A stretch of DNA of 61,099 nt, counting the filler. It is 4 parts of 4 records of this genome, joined end to end, with 100 filler letters (N's around TTAATTAATTAA, not from the genome) between each part and the next. Parts side by side here need not be neighbours in the genome. Positions count along the whole stretch, not along the records: positions 53,560 to 61,099 come from SRR20825019_2271; 3 more parts are not named here. The stretch is one strand, 5' to 3'. Below the pieces are notes generated by a model. It saw nothing but the letters and a program-made list of their open reading frames with translations. It had not been told where the DNA came from and searched no databases. Made by a program: the position numbers and the translations under genes. This document shows positions 56,922 through 61,099 of this stretch, piece after piece (positions within the stretch are counted from its first letter, which is position 1; every line of letters starts with the position of its first letter).

Positions 56922-58655
56922 TCAACGCCAGTCGAAAGGCGGCAGCCCGGAAAGCGTACGGTCCGTGAGGTTTGCCGCAAACTCGTGGCCGTCCTCGAAT
57001 GCGAGCCTGGCCGTTCCATTGCCGATCCTTGCGCTGACTACCGCTTTTCCGGCACATCCGGCAAGCGATTCCAGAACCATCGCAAGCGGCGAGGGCGTTC
57101 CATCGTCGCAAAAAAGCCCGCGCGGGCCGTAAAGCGCGGCCGGCGTCCAGACCGCCACGTCGAACGGCGCCAGCGCTGTTGCAAGCCCCAGCGCATAGGC
57201 CGCGCCGAAGGCTGCGAAATGGCGCGGGTCGAAATCGGCCATGCAGACCCGGCCGCGCTGCGGATTGGGAATGGTGCGCGCGCCATAGGGGTTTTGCCGC
57301 ATGGCGATTGTCGCGGGTCCGATGCGATAGGCGCGATCGCCGAGGAGCACTCTGGCCGAGCGGGCAATATGCGGGATCGTCTCCAGCGTCTCCAGCACCG
57401 AGATATCGTCTGCCGCATGCACGATCGGGCAGAGGCCGTGGGTGACGAAATCGAGGTGATCGAGCGGCGGGCGCTTGCGGTTCAGCTCCGGAAAGAAGCT
57501 CGCCATGCCGCCGCCGCGCGCGACATCGGGGAAAGCCCGGGCCGCAGCCGCATGGATTTCCGCCAGCGGCGGGCAGGGCGGCCACTCGGAACCGGGCGGG
57601 GTCGACTGGCGGTCGACCGAGGGACAGACGAAAACCGAGGCTGGAACCAGACCTGCGGCCGCCACCGCAGCGGCGTGGGCCGAAAGCTCGTCCGCCGGGC
57701 TGTCGTCGCCGTCGAAACGACAGATCAGCTCGAGATCATAGGCCGGCTGCGGCAGTACCGCCTGAAGCGCGGCAAAGGCTGCGATCTGCGGTCCGGCCGG
57801 TTCCGCCGCGGCATCGACATGGCAGAGCAGCCGTTGGGGGCTGACGATATCGAAGTCTTCGCGGTTGGCGGCAAGCCGCAGCGCATCGCCGGCCGTCAGC
57901 ACCAGCGCCGTCTCGGGAAACCGGGCCATCGGCAAAGTGCCGGTGGTGGCAGACAGCACGGCCGTGGCATCCGCCTTCCACGTAATCTCGACGGATTGCG
58001 ACAGGGTTTCGCCGTCGCCGATTTCATAGGGCCATGGCAGCGCCAGCGGGCGGTTATAGGTCTTGAACGAGGCATCGCCCCATTGCCGCTGGTCCTCCAT
58101 CTCGAAGACATCGCCGGAAAAGGCGGTGCGCACCGCAAAACCGTTGGCGCGGTGCTCCAGCGCCGCAATATCCATGAACGGTTGCCAGGGCTCGATCAGC
58201 GCCGGAAACGACCCGTCCTCGATGCTGCCGTCGGCATGGGTGACCCGGGCCGGTGCCCCGGCAACGCCTTCGATCGGGTGAAGCACGGTAAACCCGGCAC
58301 GGTTGGTTTCGAAAGTCCCGGTGACGCGGCCCCCGGCCTCCACAATCAGTCGGTCGGCTGCAAGCGTCACCCTTATGGCGACATCGAGCCGCGCATCGCC
58401 CGACCGGAACACCATCGGGATCGACAGCCGCAGGGCATCGCCGTCCTCGCGGATGATGGTCCCGATCTCGGGCACGATCGTGCCCCAGTCGCGATCACGC
58501 GCCAGAAAGGCGACCGAGCGCATGATTTCCGTTCCCCGGAAGGTCAGGTGACGGAGCGCGCCGTCCTGCAGCGTCACCGCCACATCGCCGTTAACCAACC
58601 GCTCGGAGGCCGCCGGCTTCTGGCTGGTGCCGTAGAGGGAAACGGGATCGCTCAC
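56922..58655 (-). CDS. apnL: D-apionate lactonase
   Basis: RDRDWGT, TNRAGFTVLHP, FEMEDQRQWGDASFKTYNRPL, FPELNRKRPP, PIVHAADD and MRQNPYG; overlaps the apsD stop (translational coupling). Confidence 0.83.
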   Translation of the reverse strand: MSDPVSLYGTSQKPAASERLVNGDVAVTLQDGALRHLTFRGTEIMRSVAFLARDRDWGTIVPEIGTIIREDGDALRLSIPMVFRSGDARLDVAIRVTLAADRLIVEAGGRVTGTFETNRAGFTVLHPIEGVAGAPARVTHADGSIEDGSFPALIEPWQPFMDIAALEHRANGFAVRTAFSGDVFEMEDQRQWGDASFKTYNRPLALPWPYEIGDGETLSQSVEITWKADATAVLSATTGTLPMARFPETALVLTAGDALRLAANREDFDIVSPQRLLCHVDAAAEPAGPQIAAFAALQAVLPQPAYDLELICRFDGDDSPADELSAHAAAVAAAGLVPASVFVCPSVDRQSTPPGSEWPPCPPLAEIHAAAARAFPDVARGGGMASFFPELNRKRPPLDHLDFVTHGLCPIVHAADDISVLETLETIPHIARSARVLLGDRAYRIGPATIAMRQNPYGARTIPNPQRGRVCMADFDPRHFAAFGAAYALGLATALAPFDVAVWTPAALYGPRGLFCDDGTPSPLAMVLESLAGCAGKAVVSARIGNGTARLAFEDGHEFAANLTDRTLSGLPPFDWR

Positions 58656-59671
58656 AATTCCTCCAGCGCGACGGTGCGCCCTTCGGCTGCGGAAAGATAG
58701 GCCGCCTCGACCAGCGCGAATGTGTTGAGATTATCGGCGCCGGCGGTTTCGGGGACGCGGCCCTCGCGCAGGCAATCGACGAAATGGCGCTGGATGATGG
58801 CGACGCTTTCCTGAATGTTGTGCCAGGGCCGCTCCGCCCACGAAAGCACCGGGGGCGCGACATCGCGGGTCTCGTTGCCGCCGCCGGCCTGGATCGTGAG
58901 ACGATACCCCGCATCGAGCCTCAGCGTGCCTTCCGTGCCGTCAATCTCGAGCAACGTCTGCGGAAATGTCTCCGGTTCGCGTTTCGTGGCATAGGAACAG
59001 TCGACCACGCTGGTGACCCCGTCGTTATGAACCAGAAGCATGGTCGCGACATCCTCGCCGTTGATCTTCGGATTGACGCGTCTGGTGCTGGCGGTGATCG
59101 TGGAGACTTCTCCGAACAGCGCACGGGCGATATCGAGAATATGAATGCCCAGATCCTCGATGATGAAGCGCTTGCCCTCGGCAAGATAGGGCTGACCGGC
59201 ATAGACGTCGTACCCGGAGCGGAAACTGACGCGACCAAAGAATGGCGTGCCGATCGCGCCCGATCGCAGCGCATCGATCGCCGCGCGCACCGCCGATTGC
59301 CAGCGGAAATTCTCGTGCACCATCAAAACCTTGCCGGCGCTCTCGGCGGCCGCGACCATGGCGCGGGCGTCGCCCATGTTTTCGGCAAACGGCTTCTGGC
59401 AGATGATATCGACGCCGGCTTTCGCGGCGGCCTCCACAAGCGGGCGATGCGACGGCGCGGTGGTGGCGATATCGACGAAATCGAAACCGCCATCGGCAAA
59501 CATTTCGCCGGCATCGCTGTAGCGCCGTTCGATGCCGAAAAGATCGCCCGTCTCGGCGAGCCGCCCGGCATCGCGATCGCACAGCGCCACGATCTCGACC
59601 CCGTCGAGATCGTTCCAGGCGTGGAGCTGATTGCGGGCGAAGAAGCCGCAGCCGATGAGAGCGCCCTTCAT
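58652..59671 (-). CDS. apsD: Gfo/Idh/MocA oxidoreductase, probable D-apiose dehydrogenase
   Basis: IGCGFFA, ICQKP, MVHENFRWQ, IIEDLGIHILD and PWHNIQESV; context beside apnL. Confidence 0.82.
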   Translation of the reverse strand: MKGALIGCGFFARNQLHAWNDLDGVEIVALCDRDAGRLAETGDLFGIERRYSDAGEMFADGGFDFVDIATTAPSHRPLVEAAAKAGVDIICQKPFAENMGDARAMVAAAESAGKVLMVHENFRWQSAVRAAIDALRSGAIGTPFFGRVSFRSGYDVYAGQPYLAEGKRFIIEDLGIHILDIARALFGEVSTITASTRRVNPKINGEDVATMLLVHNDGVTSVVDCSYATKREPETFPQTLLEIDGTEGTLRLDAGYRLTIQAGGGNETRDVAPPVLSWAERPWHNIQESVAIIQRHFVDCLREGRVPETAGADNLNTFALVEAAYLSAAEGRTVALEEL

Positions 59672-59701
59672 GAAAACCTCTTCCTATTTACCGACACTTT
59701 T

Positions 59702-60763
59702 TTACTTGCCGACAGCGGCCTGCGCCTGCAGCGCGACCCGTGCCTGAACCCGCTGCTGGGCCTGATCGATGACGACGGCGGCGATGATCACCACACCCTT
59801 GATCACGGTCTGCCAGAAGGCAGAGACGCCCATCATCACCAGCCCGTCGGAGAGCACGCCGATGACGAAGGCGCCGATGATGGTGCCGCCGATCCTGCCG
59901 CGCCCGCCCGACATCGAGGTTCCGCCAAGGACGGCTGCCGCAATCGCGTTCAGCTCGAAAGTATCGCCGGTTGCCGGGTGAGCCGCAACAAGCTGGGAGG
60001 AAATAATGATGCCGACCAGCGCCGCGCAGAAGCCCGAGAACATGTAGACGAAATATTTGACGTGGGTGACCTTCACGCCCGAAAGCCCCGCCGCCCGCTC
60101 ATTGCCGCCGACGGCATAGATGAACCGGCCAAGCGGCGTGCGCCTGGCGATATAGGCGGCGAGAAGCCCGACGGCGATAAGCATCCAGATCGAGATCGGG
60201 ATACCGAGGAAAGAGCCCGTGCCGATGAGGCGATAGCTGGCAGAACCGTATTCGGCGCTGCCGGTGAGATTGGGAAAGGTTTCGCCCTCGCTCGACAGCA
60301 TCGCGGCGCCACGGGCGATATAGAGCGTTCCGAGCGTTGCGATGAACGGGGCGACGTTGAGCTTGGTGATCAGGAAGCCGTTGAGCGCACCGATGGCGAT
60401 GCCGACCAGCGCGACAATCAGGCAGATTTCCAGCGTGTTGAACTGCACCGTCCAGCCGATGCCGAGATCGATGCCGTTCAAAAGCAGGTAGCCGGCGACC
60501 ATGCCGCACAGGCCGACGATCGATCCGACCGAAAGGTCGATGCCGCCGGAGATGATCACGAAGGTCATCCCGATCGCGAGAAACGCGTTCAGCGCCACAT
60601 GTTTCGACATGATCACGAAATTCGCCGTCGACAGGAAGTTCGGCGCGAAGATCGCGAAGAAAACGAACACCAGGATCAGCGCGATGAAGGTTCTGGCCTT
60701 CATCAGCATCAGCAATGCGCTGCTCGGGGCCTGCCCGACGCCGTTTGCGGTCATATCAGTCAT
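59702..60763 (-). CDS. Sugar ABC transporter permease (RbsC family), probably apiose uptake
   Basis: GGIDLSVGS, PFIATLG, YAVGGNERAAGLSG and ELNAIAAAVLGGTS. Confidence 0.93.
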   Translation of the reverse strand: MTDMTANGVGQAPSSALLMLMKARTFIALILVFVFFAIFAPNFLSTANFVIMSKHVALNAFLAIGMTFVIISGGIDLSVGSIVGLCGMVAGYLLLNGIDLGIGWTVQFNTLEICLIVALVGIAIGALNGFLITKLNVAPFIATLGTLYIARGAAMLSSEGETFPNLTGSAEYGSASYRLIGTGSFLGIPISIWMLIAVGLLAAYIARRTPLGRFIYAVGGNERAAGLSGVKVTHVKYFVYMFSGFCAALVGIIISSQLVAAHPATGDTFELNAIAAAVLGGTSMSGGRGRIGGTIIGAFVIGVLSDGLVMMGVSAFWQTVIKGVVIIAAVVIDQAQQRVQARVALQAQAAVGK

Positions 60764-61099
60764 TATGCGGTCTTCCTGTTCAACTGATCGGCGTCCGGGT
60801 TGTGGCCCGCGGCGGATGCCTGGACGAGCTTGGTGTCGGTCGCCTCGCTGCGATCGAATGTTCCGGTGATCCGGCCGTTCGACATCACGATGATCCGGTC
60901 CGAAAGGCTCAGCACTTCCTCCAGGTCCGACGTGACGAAGACGATGCCGAGCCCTTCGGCGGCAAGCTGGCGCATGACGCGGAACACCTCGGCCTTGGCG
61001 CCGATATCGATGCCGCGCGAGGGTTCGTCCATCAACAGCACCCTGGGGCCGGTCATCAGCGCCTTGGAAATCACCACCTTCTGCTGGTTGCCGCCCGAC
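60763..61099 (-). CDS. Sugar ABC transporter ATP-binding protein (RbsA family), C-terminal part
   Basis: SGGNQQKVVI, LLMDEPSRGIDIGAK and TSDLEE; the TAA stop overlaps the permease ATG; runs off the window. Confidence 0.92.
   Translation of the reverse strand, partial: SGGNQQKVVISKALMTGPRVLLMDEPSRGIDIGAKAEVFRVMRQLAAEGLGIVFVTSDLEEVLSLSDRIIVMSNGRITGTFDRSEATDTKLVQASAAGHNPDADQLNRKTA

Noticed and set aside
53560-61099. Horizontal transfer of a bacterial apiose operon into the eukaryote
   Set aside because: It is a separate contig behind a synthetic linker, with intact operon structure, RBSs and regA: simply bacterial DNA.

Overview
The window is four contigs joined by artificial 100-nt linkers (N44-TTAATTAATTAA-N44) at 24425-24524, 47214-47313 and 53460-53559. 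Contigs 1 and 2 (1-24424, 24525-47213) are gene-dense nuclear DNA of a microbial eukaryote with short GT-AG introns (mostly 40-70 nt). They hold 19 genes whose strands alternate almost perfectly, usually around GC-rich divergent spacers. In order: a secreted protein with a C-terminal J-like domain (HSD instead of HPD), a CRT-like transporter, a phosphagen kinase, an intronless LCB2-LCB1-PAP2 serine palmitoyltransferase fusion whose phosphatase domain has lost both catalytic histidines, a ZIP transporter, a Myb/U-box protein, AFG2, DEPDC5, partial GPC1, a partial secreted low-complexity protein, SND1, an SLT-type SLC13 permease, an EcKL/APH-like kinase, PEDS1/FAD4, DBP9, CDC14, COX5B, an RMD1-family protein and ATG13. 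Contig 3 (47314-53459, 6146 bp) is the unexplained part. It is non-coding, AT-rich and strongly purine-pyrimidine alternating. It is bounded by 27-bp inverted terminal repeats (25/27 identical) and carries at least 18 exact and 5 near-exact copies of GGAAAGGTGT in both orientations. Contig 4 (53560-61099) is alphaproteobacterial: the 3' end of regA/actR and a D-apiose/D-apionate uptake and catabolism cluster. All calls come from manual reading and motif recognition; no database searches were run, and exon boundaries are hand predictions.
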